From: Trichodesmium erythraeum IMS101
Lineage (GTDB): Bacteria > Cyanobacteriota > Cyanobacteriia > Cyanobacteriales > Microcoleaceae
Direction of reading: 5' to 3'
Length of the DNA stretch: 32,000 nt
NCBI RefSeq assembly: GCF_000014265.1
Contig: NC_008312.1
Span: 7,110,001 to 7,142,000, forward strand
The notes below the pieces were generated by a model. That model worked only from the letters and a program-made list of their open reading frames with translations, was not told the origin of the DNA and ran no database searches. The position numbers and the translations under genes were made by a program. Shown here piece by piece: positions 9,455-20,061 of this stretch; the stretch's first letter is position 1; the number at the start of each line of letters is the position of its first letter.

Positions 9455-10912
9455 TCAGTTGATAACATTTTCATTGTACCGCTCGCCGTCTATATCCACC
9501 TCTACTCTCAAGGTTACTGTAAACTGATCCCGAATATAACCCATCATTGTACCATACCAAGCAGAAATACCCAGAGGTCAAATGTGATCGAGCAAAGCCT
9601 GCAATAAAGTTAAGGTCAGAAAATTATTTTCGCGATCAAAACATTTAATACACTGCGCAACCGTTCAACTACTGCAAAATGACAATTAAATTTAACTGAG
9701 TCAACATGCTATCCACCCGATCAACATCTTCTCCCACCTCTTCTACAAACAAAATTTTCCCTCACCAGTCTGGCAAAAAATTCGAGCCCATCATCCCTGC
9801 TAACACAGACAAGTTTCCCCCCAGTAGTCGACCCCTTCCTTTTCCATCTGTGATAGTTTCCGCAATATTTCTAGGAGCTTGTCAGCTCATCGCTTTTTCT
9901 TGGCAAAATGACAACTAAATTTAACTGAGTCAACATGCTATCCACCCGATCAACATCTTCTCCCACCTCTTCTACAAACAAAATTTTCCCTCACCAGTCT
10001 GGCAAAAAATTCGAGCCCATCATCCCTGCTAACACAGACAAGTTTCCCCCCAGTAGTCGACCCCTTCCTTTTCCATCTGTGATAGTTTCCGCAATATTTC
10101 TAGGAGCTTGTCAGCTCATCGCTTTTTCTTGGCAAAATGACAACTAAATTTAACTGAGTCAACATGCTATCCACCCGATCAACATCTTCTCCCACCTCTT
10201 CTACAAACAAAATTTTCCCTCACCAGTCTGGCAAAAAATTCGAGCCCATCATCCCTGCTAACACAGACAAGTTTCCCCCCAGTAGTCGACCCCTTCCTTT
10301 TCCATCTGTGATAGTTTCCGCAATATTTCTAGGAGGTTGTCAGCTCATCGCTTTTTCTTCAAACAGTATATCTTTGAGATAAGCAACAGAAAATTTATTC
10401 CAGATAGATGTAGCAGAGGAACCGTGAAATGTCACCAGACCACTGCCAGGATATATTGCCAATAATAGAGCAGTAATATCGCTGTAGTCGATGATAATTT
10501 TAGGATTTTTCCGAATTAAGTTATAGTTTAATAATGATAAGATACGACTGCTACCCCAACCACTTCTGCTTGTTATCAATGCTTTGACCTCCTCATCCGC
10601 AAACATAGTATTAATATCTGCTGCACAGTCTATATCCTTACCTGCTAAATATCCATATTTATCGAGAGTATGGGTAGCAACTTTGACTTTTAATTTTTGT
10701 TTACTTAAAATCAAGTTTATATATTTAAGTTCGTGTTTAAAAGCTATGCTGGTAAAACTAACTAATGCTACGGTATCACCAACTTTAAAGCGGGTTGCTT
10801 TCAGCATGGGTAAAGGCGATACTGCTGATATAATGATTTGGAAATGGTTATTTATAGCAGTAACTTTGGTCGTCAATAAACTTAGACCTAGAAATTTTAA
10901 AAAGTAACGGCG
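9455..10912 (-). pseudogene. LD-carboxypeptidase (peptidase S66, LdcA-like) pseudogene with an internal tandem triplication
   Basis: The minus-strand N-terminal half reads RRYFLKFLGLS (Tat-like signal with no ATG in frame after the upstream stop), then KVGDTVALVS, GYLAGKD, SRSGWGSSR, DYSDITALLLA and LVTFHG. Continuing through the repeats it reads GRLLGGNLSVLAGMMGSNFLPDW*GKILFVEEVGEDVDRVDSML, with in-frame TGA stops. The distal part reads PLGISAWYGTMMGY...TVTLRVEVDIDGERYNENVIN, stop at 9455-9457. Several stops and frame changes are present. Confidence 0.8.
9674..10359. repeat. 229-bp tandem triplication inside the ldcA-like pseudogene
   Basis: Units at 9674-9902, 9903-10131 and 10132-10359. 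I saw only two single-base differences. 229 is not a multiple of 3. Confidence 0.95.
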
Positions 10913-11261
10913 ATGGTTAATTTTCTGGGAAAAGTTAGATGAGAATTAACTGAGTTCAGCAAGCAGCAGGAAGAATAGAAAACAATCATAATATTACTAC
11001 ATATTATGCCAGAAAAATAAATTGTTTACAAAATTTGCTCTTTGATGAATAGCTACTAATATTTATTCAGGATGAAGTACTCAGGAGTCATAATAAATAG
11101 TTTAAATATTATTTTATTGGTATAAATTTCTTTTTTTAATCAAAGGTAAATCAGATAGAATATAATTTTTATATCCCGATAATTGGCAACATTTTTTTCA
11201 GGAAAAAATCGTATTAATTTTGAGATGAAATAAGCAGTAAATTTACTAAGAAATAATCAGC

Positions 11262-12686
11262 ATCTTAATTTTGAATATTCAGAATTTATTATGATGATTT
11301 TTTCATAATAGCGAAACTAAAATTAATAATAATTACTATGAGATATTTCCTCTAAATAATGAGTATATTAATTTTGAGTTGCCAGAATTTATTGTGATTA
11401 TTTTTTCACAATAGCAAAACTGAAATTAACAATAATTACTATGAGATATTTTCTCTAAATAATGAATATATTAATTTTGAGTTGCCAGAATTTATTGTGA
11501 TTATTTTTTCACAATAGCAAAACTGAAATTAACAATAATTACTATGAGATATTTTCTCTAAATAATAAATATATTAATTTTGAGTTGCCAGAATTTATTG
11601 TGATTATTTTTTCATAATAGCGAAACTAAAATTAATAATAATTACTATGAGATATTTTCTCTAAATAATGAATATATTAATTTTGAGTTGCCAGAATTTA
11701 TTGTGATGATTTTTTCATAATAGCAAAACTAAAATTAATAATAATTACTATGAGATATTTTCTCTAAATAATGAATATATTAATTTTGAGTTGCCAGAAT
11801 TTATTGTGATGATTTTTTCATAATAGCGAAACTAAAATTAATAATAATTACTATGAGATACTTCCTCTAAATAATGAATATATTAATTTTGAGTTGCCAG
11901 AATTTATTGTGATTATTTTTTCACAATAGCAAAACTGAAATTAACAATAATTATTATGAGATACTTCCTCTAAATAATAAATATATTAATTTTGAGTTGC
12001 CAGAATTTATTGTGATTATTTTTTCATAATAGCAAAACTAAAATTAATAATAATTACTATCAGATATTTTCTCTAAATAATGAATATATTAATTTTGAGT
12101 TGCCAGAATTTATTGTGATGATTTTTTCACAATAGCAAAACTAAAATTAACAATAATTATTATGAGATATTTCCTCTAAATAATGAGTATATTAATTTTG
12201 AGTTGCCAGAATTTATTGTGATTATTTTTTCACAATAGCAAAACTGAAATTAACAATAATTACTATGAGATACTTCCTCTAAATAATGAGTATATTAATT
12301 TTGAGTTGCCAGAATTTATTGTGATTATTTTTTCACAATAGCAAAACTGAAATTAACAATAATTACTATGAGATATTTCCTCTAAATAATGAGTATATTA
12401 ATTTTGAGTTGCCAGAATTTATTGTGATTATTTTTTCACAATAGCAAAACTGAAATTAACAATAATTACTATGAGATAATTCCTCTAAATAATGAGTATA
12501 TTAATTTTGAGTTGCCAGAATTTATTGTGATTATTTTTTCACAATAGCAAAACTGAAATTAACAATAATTACTATGAGATATTTTCTCTAAATAATGAAT
12601 ATATTAATTTTGAGTTGCCAGAATTTATTGTGATTATTTTTTCACAATAGCAAAACTGAAATTAACAATAATTACTATCACTTAAT
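11262..12686. repeat. 103-bp tandem array, about 13.8 copies, intergenic and AT-rich
   Basis: The GAGTTGCCAGAATTT motif recurs at 11376, 11479, 11582 ... 12612 with an exact 103-bp period. A degenerate first unit starts at 11273, and the last unit is truncated at about 12686. Each unit contains the hairpin TATTGTGA-N8-TCACAATA. Confidence 0.95.
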
Positions 12687-12889
12687 TCTCATTTTTATAT
12701 AGAGCGATCGCTAACAGAGTAATACGGTTTATATCAAACTAAAACTTTTATGATGTGGAACCATAATTAGTAGCTATTCAGATTACATAAATGCAAAAAA
12801 ACATCCTTACTTGAACTATATTAAATTATATCAGAGATATTTTAGCGATCGCCATGTCAAGGTTGATAAATGTTTATTACAAATAGTAA

Positions 12890-12909
12890 GGACGTTGTAT
12901 ACAACGTCC
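12890..12909. terminator. Perfect 20-bp palindrome GGACGTTGTATACAACGTCC, possible bidirectional terminator downstream of purN
   Basis: Perfect palindrome 117 bp downstream of the purN stop. It shares its core with the GTAGGAACGTTG...CAACGTCCCTAC hairpin at 27815-27842, so it may simply be a dispersed repeat. Confidence 0.35.
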
Positions 12910-13025
12910 AGACAGAATACCGAAGTTTAATTAAATCTTGAAAAAAAGGGTAAGTGGGTTTTAATATTTATTCTATATTCAAATTAATTCTTCTCTTATT
13001 AAGTTAAATACTGAAATTTTAACTA

Positions 13026-13691
13026 CTACTTAAAACCAATTTTTTTTGATGCAGCAAGAGTAATAGCACCCACAATAATTTTATGTTCTTGCACTTGAAT
13101 TTTCTGGTGGAGAGTTTCTGGTGTATCATCAAGCAAAATTGGTACAGCAGCCTGCATTAAAATCGGACCATTATCGACTTCTACATCCACTAAATGTACT
13201 GTACAACCAGTTATTTTTACTCCTGCATTTAAAGCTTGTTCAACTGCTTCTATACCCTTAAAACTAGGCAACAAACTAGGATGAATATTGATGATTTGAT
13301 TAGGAAAAGCATCTATTAAAATTTTAGTAACTATTCGCATCCAACCAGCCATAATCACCCACTCTACATTGTATTCTTGTAAAGTTTTGACAATTTGACT
13401 ATCAAATTCTTCTCGGTTTTTGTATTTTCGATGATTTAACAATACTGATGGAACATTCCACTTTTCTGCTCGTGATGTAACCTTAGCTCCAGGATTGTTA
13501 TAAATCATTACCTGAATTTTGGCATTTAATTTTTGATTACTTATCGCTTCTGCAATAGCCTCAAAATTACTCCCATTACCAGAAGCTAGAATCCCCAATT
13601 TTATAGGAGAAAATTTTGGCAAAGCATTTTCAGGAATAGCTGGAGAAACTAAACAAGAATTAGAATTAATTAGTTGAGTTTCAGTTTTCAT
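13026..13691 (-). CDS. purN: Phosphoribosylglycinamide formyltransferase
   Basis: KLGILASGNGSNFEAI, WVIMAGWMRIV, INIHPSLLPSFKG and GCTVHLVDVEVDNGPI are the classic PurN motifs. Start placed at MKTETQ (ATG 13691) rather than the upstream ATG 13745. Confidence 0.9.
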   Translation of the reverse strand: MKTETQLINSNSCLVSPAIPENALPKFSPIKLGILASGNGSNFEAIAEAISNQKLNAKIQVMIYNNPGAKVTSRAEKWNVPSVLLNHRKYKNREEFDSQIVKTLQEYNVEWVIMAGWMRIVTKILIDAFPNQIINIHPSLLPSFKGIEAVEQALNAGVKITGCTVHLVDVEVDNGPILMQAAVPILLDDTPETLHQKIQVQEHKIIVGAITLAASKKIGFK

Positions 13692-14146
13692 TTTGTGTAA
13701 AATACAATAGTGTAAATTATTTAAATTATACAGTATTATAGTCATATTTACAACTAATAATCTAGGTTTTTTTATACATTAATAAAAATATGTATTTTTT
13801 AAATATTAAAAGTCAAATATTATGTAAGAATTAAGGCATTAAATTATTACAATTATTACTAGAATATTTTTGTCAAAATAGTTTTTCAAAATCTTTTTTT
13901 TGAGACAAAAATAGGCAATAAAATTGAAGTGCATAGTAAACATTCAGCATACTAGAAAGATAATTTCATCTTAGTCTGCTATAGTGATCATAGGCAAGAT
14001 ACCTGTGCTACTGAGATCAAATTCCCGATGCATACTAACTATATATAGTTTTAATATATAATATGTAAAGTTTTGGAGTAAGTATTAATATGCACTATTA
14101 TATAGGTAAATAATTAGTATTAAGTATTAACCGAATCAGAGATTGT

Positions 14147-14767
14147 TTACAATGGATGAAAGCCACATACTGTAGTAGATATTTTAATAGGATAATCGTA
14201 TTTTTTAGCACTAAATTCTTCCTTGAGAATCGAATAAATTTTTAAATCTTGATATTTTCCCTTCATAAATATACATTCTCGTAGAACACCCTCATATTTC
14301 ATTCCTACTTTTTCCATGACTCTGGCAGAAGCTATATTTTCAATCAAACATCTAGCTTCAATTCTATTTAACATCATCGTTCTAAAGCCAAAATAAATAA
14401 TAGCATTAACCACCTCAGTCATATAACCTTTTCCCCAATATTTCCGAGACAATGTATAACCAATTTCTGCCCTAGAGTGTTCTATCTTCCAGTCAATAAA
14501 TCCAGCAGTACCAATAAATTTTTGCCCTGCTTTGTGAACAATACCCCAGTTAGAAAGCTGATTATTTTTATAGTTGTTAATTGTATATTGTAAAAACAAC
14601 TTAGTATCTTTAATTGAGTTATGAGTATACCAACCTGTATATTTTGAAACTTGTGAATCCTGAGTATATTCAAACATATCTTTTGCATCTTTAAAAGACA
14701 TTTTTCTCAACAAAATTCGTTCAGTTTCAATAGTTGGTAAATTCCTAAAAAGATCCAAAGTCTTCAA
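14147..14767 (-). CDS. GNAT family N-acetyltransferase (RimJ/RimL-like)
   Basis: ERILLRKMSFKDAKDMFEY, AEIGYTLSRKYWGKGYMTE, LNRIEARCLIENIASARVMEKVGMKYEGVLRE. Confidence 0.85.
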   Translation of the reverse strand: MKTLDLFRNLPTIETERILLRKMSFKDAKDMFEYTQDSQVSKYTGWYTHNSIKDTKLFLQYTINNYKNNQLSNWGIVHKAGQKFIGTAGFIDWKIEHSRAEIGYTLSRKYWGKGYMTEVVNAIIYFGFRTMMLNRIEARCLIENIASARVMEKVGMKYEGVLRECIFMKGKYQDLKIYSILKEEFSAKKYDYPIKISTTVCGFHPL

Positions 14768-15252
14768 TTTTTTTAATCTCCTAATTTTATAGACAAACTA
14801 AATTATTTAACCATAACAATATATTCTTAGTCAAGTATGATACTAATGGTCATTTTTTTTCATAATAAAAACATCAAATCTTCTAAAAATATCAATATTT
14901 TTTATTGGACAATATAAATTTATAAATATCTCAAAACCTCTGTTTTAAGCCATATTATTTTAGTATCAAGTTGTTGAAAAGTTGGGCGCAAAAGTTCAGA
15001 TTGCAAATAGAAAAATGCGTCTGGCAAATCAGGTTTTGTATTATCTTTGCTTGGTAAGTATTACATAGTAGGCAAAGTCTTCTTTGCAGTCAGCCTTAGT
15101 GCTTCATATGGAACGGATATATTAGTCATATTATTTTTCTCAACCTAGTTTCTATAATCAGGACTTACCCAAGCACATTATATATAGTATGCTGTCATAT
15201 TAAATTGTCAATACTATAACGAGTTGTTTTTCGGAATTAAAATATCCTTCAA

Positions 15253-15535
15253 TTAAGTAGAACTATTAAAGATATACTTTATTACAGATTGAGGTGAGTG
15301 CATCTTATCTGTTTCTAACAACGCAAAAATTTGAGCGACAAGCTCAGTTGAATGAACCTTTAAACCTTCAGCAAGTTTTAAAACCACTTTCCAATGTAGA
15401 AATTTTCAACCCCCCTTCTAACTCATTAATGTATGTACGATGAGCAGCAGCATCAAAATCTTCTTGTAACAACTCTTCTAGTTATCTCTATGCAGCAAAC
15501 ACCTTACCAAAAACTTGATTAATAGATTTTTTCAT
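15253..15535 (-). pseudogene. XRE-family helix-turn-helix regulator pseudogene
   Basis: Minus strand from ATG 15535 reads MKKSINQVFGKVFAA*R*LEELLQEDFDAAAHRTYINELEGGLKISTLES. After a frame change it reads KLAEGLKVHSTELVAQIFALLETDKMHSPQSVIKYIFNSST*. That is two in-frame stops plus one frameshift in an otherwise typical HTH_XRE layout. Confidence 0.7.
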
Positions 15536-15538
15536 CTC

Positions 15539-15586
15539 TGCATACTATTGCATTCGCAACCTATATTCTACAGGCAATAGTATGCA
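15539..15586. promoter_or_regulatory. 13-bp perfect inverted repeat TGCATACTATTGC-N22-GCAATAGTATGCA just upstream of the XRE start
   Basis: Arms at 15539-15551 and 15574-15586. The position fits an autoregulatory operator or promoter for the HTH gene. Confidence 0.4.
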
Positions 15587-15753
15587 ATTTATAACACAAA
15601 AAGTAAAAAAAAAACGATTTCAACCCTATATATAGTTATATTTAGCTATAATTAACCCTATATATACTTAATTATGTAAATAATTGTACCTCTATCAAAA
15701 AGTGGAGATAAACCTCAGCATACCCCCACTCAAAAACTAAAATTTTACCCCAA

Positions 15754-18564
15754 CTAAACCGTCTCTGCAGCAGTAGTCTGTACAGCAGGTTGCGGTTGGA
15801 ATTGGAACAAAGAATAAACCACATTTCGGCGAATATCCGTCATCATATCCAAGAACAACTCATAACCCTCACTCTTATACTCTATCAACGGATCTTTCTG
15901 TCCATAACCCCGTAAACCAACAGACTCCCGTAACGCATCCATCTGCTGTAAATGCTCCCGCCACAAAGTATCAATTTGCTGCAAAATAAAGAAACGTTCC
16001 GCATCTCGCATCAAACCACCACGAATCTGATTTACCTGTGCTTCCTTAATATCATAAGCATTCCTTACCTGTTCATGCATAAAAGTCCTAATATCTTCCA
16101 TCGACAAATCAAACAATTGCTCAGGGGTTAAATCTGCCAACAAGTAAACAAACTGCTTCACCTTCTCTACCAACTTATCCAACTCCCACTCTTCCGAAGG
16201 TAACTCAGGATTAATATACGCCTCCACAATATCATCCATCGTTTGCTCCGCATACTTAATCACCTGCTCCTTCAAATCTCTACCTTCCAATACCCGCCGA
16301 CGTTCCGCATAAATTGCTCGACGTTGATTATTCATCACTTCATCATACTCAAACACCTGCTTACGCATATCGTAATAATAAGTTTCCACCTTCTTTTGGG
16401 CACCTTCGAGAGAACGAGTTAACAACCCAGACTCAATTGGCATATCTTCCTCAACCCCAAACGCCTGCATCATTCCAGCAACGCGATCGCCACCAAAAAT
16501 CCTTAATAAGTTATCTTCCAAACTCAAGAAAAATCTAGTCGAACCTGGGTCCCCTTGTCGCCCCGCTCTTCCCCGTAACTGATTATCAATGCGGCGTGAC
16601 TCGTGGCGCTCAGTACCAATAACGTGCAATCCACCACATCCCACTACTTGGTTATGTTCTCTCTCTATGTAGTTTTCATATTCTTGCCGAATTAAGTTAT
16701 AAACTTCCCGCAACTTTTCAATAACTGGTTCAGTAGTCGGAGCTTTTTCCGCAGCGATCGCCACCTTATCTTCCACCACCAACTCAGGCAGCGCTCTCTC
16801 TCCCCACTCTTTAACTGCCAAATTTACTGCTAGCTTCAACATTCCCTCCGTTTCTTGTGATAGCTTAACTGGAAATATCTGAGGTGAAACTTTCCAGGTC
16901 TTCACCTTTTGCTGGGGATCAAAACCTTTTGCTACATGAGACTTTTTCAGTCCTGATACTCTTACCATACCCAAACCATCATCATCTTCTGGTTTCACAA
17001 CTTTAGGCATTAGATACTCCCGTAATTTCAACTTTGCCATGTACTCAGCATTTCCACCCAAAATAATATCTGTACCTCGACCTGCCATATTCGTGGCAAT
17101 AGTGACTGCACCGCCACGACCTGCTTGTGCGACAATTTCTGATTCACGCTCCACATTTTCTGGTTTAGCATTCAAAAGTTGGTGGGGAATTTTCCCCTCA
17201 CCTAGTAACCTAGATAGTAACTCTGATTTTTCTACACTCGTTGTACCTACTAACACTGGACGACCTTCTTTATGCATTTCTGCACATTCTTGAGCGATAG
17301 ACTTCCATTTTCCTACTTCTGTTTTATAAACTACATCTGATAAATCTTTTCTACCAGTTGGTTTATTCGTGGGTATAATTGTTACTTGTAAATTATAAAT
17401 CTTTTCAAATTCTGCTTCTTCTGTTTTTGCCGTTCCTGTCATTCCCGATAACTTCGGATAAAGTAGAAAGAAATTCTGATAAGTAATAGTTGCCAGGGTT
17501 TGGGTTTCTGGCTGAATATCCACCCTTTCTTTCGCCTCGATCGCCTGATGTAGACCATCACTCCATCGTCGCCCAGGCATTACCCTACCAGTAAATTCAT
17601 CAACAATAACTACTTCATCATCTCGGACAATATAGTTAACATCTTTGATAAATAATTCCTTTGCCTTCAAAGCATTAAATACAAAATGGGCCCAAGGGTC
17701 TTCAGGGTTATATAAATCTTGTACTGCCAATAATTGTTCTGCTTCAGCAAAACCCTCATCACTCAATAGAACATTTCTGGCTTTTTCATCTACTTCATAA
17801 TGTTCTTTTTCTTTACTTAAAGCTGCTGCAATTTCTGCTGCTTTGATATACTTTTCACTTGGCCTTTCTACCTGCCCAGAAATAATTAAAGGAGTCCTTG
17901 CCTCATCTACTAATACTGAGTCAACTTCGTCAATAATGCAAAAATTAAATGGACGTTGTACTACTTCCTCCATATTAGTTGCCATATTATCACGCAAGTA
18001 GTCAAATCCAACTTCGCTGTTAGTAGCATAAGTAATATCACAGGTATAATTTTTTTTCCGTTCTTCTGGATTCATACCCTGTTGAATTAACCCTACACTT
18101 AAACCTAGAAAACGATGTACTTGTCCCATCCATTCCGCATCCCGTCTTGCTAGGTAGTCATTAACAGTAATTACATGGACACCTTTACCTGTTAGACCAT
18201 TTAAGTATGCTGGTAAAGTAGCAACAAGAGTTTTACCCTCCCCAGTTTTCATTTCTGCTATTTGGCCTTGATGTAAAATAATGCCCCCCAATAGTTGGAC
18301 ATCAAAGTGTCGCATACTTAGGACTCGTTTTCCTGCTTCTCGAACCACTGCAAAAGCTTCCGGTAGAATTTCTTCTAATATTGCTTTTTCTTCATCCTTA
18401 GTTTTTGCTTTTTCTAGAGCTTGTCTAAATTCTCCTGTTTTAGCCTTGAGTTCTTCATCTGAAAGTTTTTGAATATCTTCTTCAAGAATATTAATATCTG
18501 TTACCCAAGGTTGAAATTTCTTGAGTTTGCGTGCGTTGGGGTCTCCCAGAAGTTTTTTGAACAT
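15754..18564 (-). CDS. secA: Preprotein translocase ATPase SecA
   Basis: 936-aa [19 protein letters not shown] start, Walker [38 protein letters not shown], and a full-length SecA layout. Confidence 0.97.
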   Translation of the reverse strand: MFKKLLGDPNARKLKKFQPWVTDINILEEDIQKLSDEELKAKTGEFRQALEKAKTKDEEKAILEEILPEAFAVVREAGKRVLSMRHFDVQLLGGIILHQGQIAEMKTGEGKTLVATLPAYLNGLTGKGVHVITVNDYLARRDAEWMGQVHRFLGLSVGLIQQGMNPEERKKNYTCDITYATNSEVGFDYLRDNMATNMEEVVQRPFNFCIIDEVDSVLVDEARTPLIISGQVERPSEKYIKAAEIAAALSKEKEHYEVDEKARNVLLSDEGFAEAEQLLAVQDLYNPEDPWAHFVFNALKAKELFIKDVNYIVRDDEVVIVDEFTGRVMPGRRWSDGLHQAIEAKERVDIQPETQTLATITYQNFFLLYPKLSGMTGTAKTEEAEFEKIYNLQVTIIPTNKPTGRKDLSDVVYKTEVGKWKSIAQECAEMHKEGRPVLVGTTSVEKSELLSRLLGEGKIPHQLLNAKPENVERESEIVAQAGRGGAVTIATNMAGRGTDIILGGNAEYMAKLKLREYLMPKVVKPEDDDGLGMVRVSGLKKSHVAKGFDPQQKVKTWKVSPQIFPVKLSQETEGMLKLAVNLAVKEWGERALPELVVEDKVAIAAEKAPTTEPVIEKLREVYNLIRQEYENYIEREHNQVVGCGGLHVIGTERHESRRIDNQLRGRAGRQGDPGSTRFFLSLEDNLLRIFGGDRVAGMMQAFGVEEDMPIESGLLTRSLEGAQKKVETYYYDMRKQVFEYDEVMNNQRRAIYAERRRVLEGRDLKEQVIKYAEQTMDDIVEAYINPELPSEEWELDKLVEKVKQFVYLLADLTPEQLFDLSMEDIRTFMHEQVRNAYDIKEAQVNQIRGGLMRDAERFFILQQIDTLWREHLQQMDALRESVGLRGYGQKDPLIEYKSEGYELFLDMMTDIRRNVVYSLFQFQPQPAVQTTAAETV

Positions 18565-18616
18565 GGTTGGTATCTAAAAGTTAAATTTCAATTATTAATA
18601 GTCAAAAAAATGATTC

Positions 18617-18645
18617 TTTATACCATTTAATTTTTATTTTGTCAA
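18617..18645 (-). promoter_or_regulatory. Candidate sigma70-type promoter of secA
   Basis: On the minus strand: TTGACA (18645-18640), a 17-nt spacer, then TATAAA (18622-18617). The -10 element ends 52 nt upstream of the secA ATG (18564). Confidence 0.4.
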
Positions 18646-18964
18646 TATAATTCTTGTCTGAGTTTAATCAGTATTAGAACTATTTGGTTGTCAAAAAATT
18701 GGTATGAGTTATTTTATCAAAAATTTACGGGTCTAAAAGCTCGGCTGATTGGGTATAGGTGTTAGGATTACAAAAGTTAGGATCATGCGTTGCGTAATCA
18801 AAACTTTTTCTACTTATTCTGCCTGGGGACAGTTAGTAGACCTTCAAAAAAGTCTGTGGAGATTTCCGTAGTGCTTGAGAGCAATGAATGTTAGTCTGAC
18901 TAATAATACCAATTAAAAAAATATTATAAATAGATATAGATAAGAGTAATTGAATAAAGAAAAG

Positions 18965-19352
18965 CAATACTCGATTTACCCAGGAACAAGGAGGGATTGA
19001 TCCTGAGGCCGAAAATCTGAAATTATGGCCTTCTTAGGGAGCCGTAAAGTAATCCCAGTTAAGTGGCTCTCATTCAGGAAGTCCTGAAGATCAACTTCTG
19101 CATAAGCCCCTCCTAGCTTCTGCCAACTTATAAAAATTTTTTAGTCCTACTTAAACATTTTCTGGCCGCCAAAATGTATCAAAGTCAGTTAATACCAGGA
19201 AATTAGGTCAAGACCCTAAAAATGACTAAAATCCCTACTTATTAAGGATTTAGACTTTATTGACCTCACAGCCAATTTCCCTCTATATTTAAGTCTATTT
19301 TCTTCCTCCCTGGCCTTAATCCTCGGTATTCCTGGGGTAACCCTAAGTATTG
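18965..19352. mobile_element. 388-bp MITE-like element with imperfect terminal inverted repeats
   Basis: Left end is CAATACTCGATTTACCCAGGAA... The reverse complement of the right end is CAATACTTAGGGTTACCCCAGGAA... Similarity continues patchily for about 45 nt. There is no ORF inside and no clear target duplication. Confidence 0.35.
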
Positions 19353-19471
19353 ATAGCAAAAAGTTATTAAAATAATTTGGTCCCCTAACCTCACCTTTGA
19401 AGATGAAATATTTTTCAAGGGTTGCTCAAAATTACTGTAACAAAAACAACCTCTAACTTCTGACTTGAATA

Positions 19472-20017
19472 TTATTCTGGCCTTACAGGGTTAAGAGTCC
19501 GAAAGTCAAAATCTTTGACTTTGGGATGACAATAAATACAACCTTTGATACTTAATTGTTGAGGAAGCTGGAGTTGAGGATGAAGTGCTTTGAAGTAACG
19601 GGAACTAGCAATTCTGTAAGGAATTCTTTCATCTTCCTGAGATTTGCGACGAGAAGAAACCTGTAAATAATTCCAAATAAGTTGACGGGGTGGATCTATA
19701 AGACTAGGAAACTGTACACCGTAGTGTTGAGAATCTCGAAGAATTATTTGCCAACTTTCTGTAGGGAGGACTTGAGGTGGTACTGCAACATGACAAGTAG
19801 CACAATTCTCTAAGTATAATGATAGTCCTAACCTATGGCGTTGGGGAACTACATCAACATTGCTAATTAACTCAGAATTAATTTGTGAAATGGTCGTGGC
19901 AGTAGAGATTTTTCCTACAACCAAAACGCACCTCGTACTGCAGAAAAATATCAGTAGTAACAGAAAAAAAAGAGTTGGCCTTTGTCTACACCTATTCCTG
20001 AGATTAGATCTTGACAT
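19472..20017 (-). CDS. Dihaem cytochrome c family protein
   Basis: Two CxxCH haem-binding motifs (CATCH, CIYCH). N-terminal hydrophobic anchor PTLFFLLLLIFFCS. Confidence 0.75.
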   Translation of the reverse strand: MSRSNLRNRCRQRPTLFFLLLLIFFCSTRCVLVVGKISTATTISQINSELISNVDVVPQRHRLGLSLYLENCATCHVAVPPQVLPTESWQIILRDSQHYGVQFPSLIDPPRQLIWNYLQVSSRRKSQEDERIPYRIASSRYFKALHPQLQLPQQLSIKGCIYCHPKVKDFDFRTLNPVRPE

Positions 20018-20061
20018 AAATATAATCTCTGTGCTATTTTAAAACGATTTTTTGAACCTGA

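Noticed and set aside
9706-10382. Three identical 70-aa plus-strand ORFs (MLSTRSTSSPTSST...)
   Set aside because: They are created by the 229-bp triplication. The opposite strand carries clear LD-carboxypeptidase homology through the same DNA, and the plus-strand peptides are low-complexity.
11262-12686. CRISPR array
   Set aside because: Whole 103-bp units repeat with no unique spacers, the repeats are AT-rich and not CRISPR-like, and no cas genes are present.
14482-14688. 68-aa alternative-frame ORF inside the GNAT gene
   Set aside because: It is fully embedded in a well-supported CDS on the same strand in another frame.
16314-18472. Plus-strand ORFs of 74, 84 and 63 aa
   Set aside because: They are antisense to secA, with no independent support.
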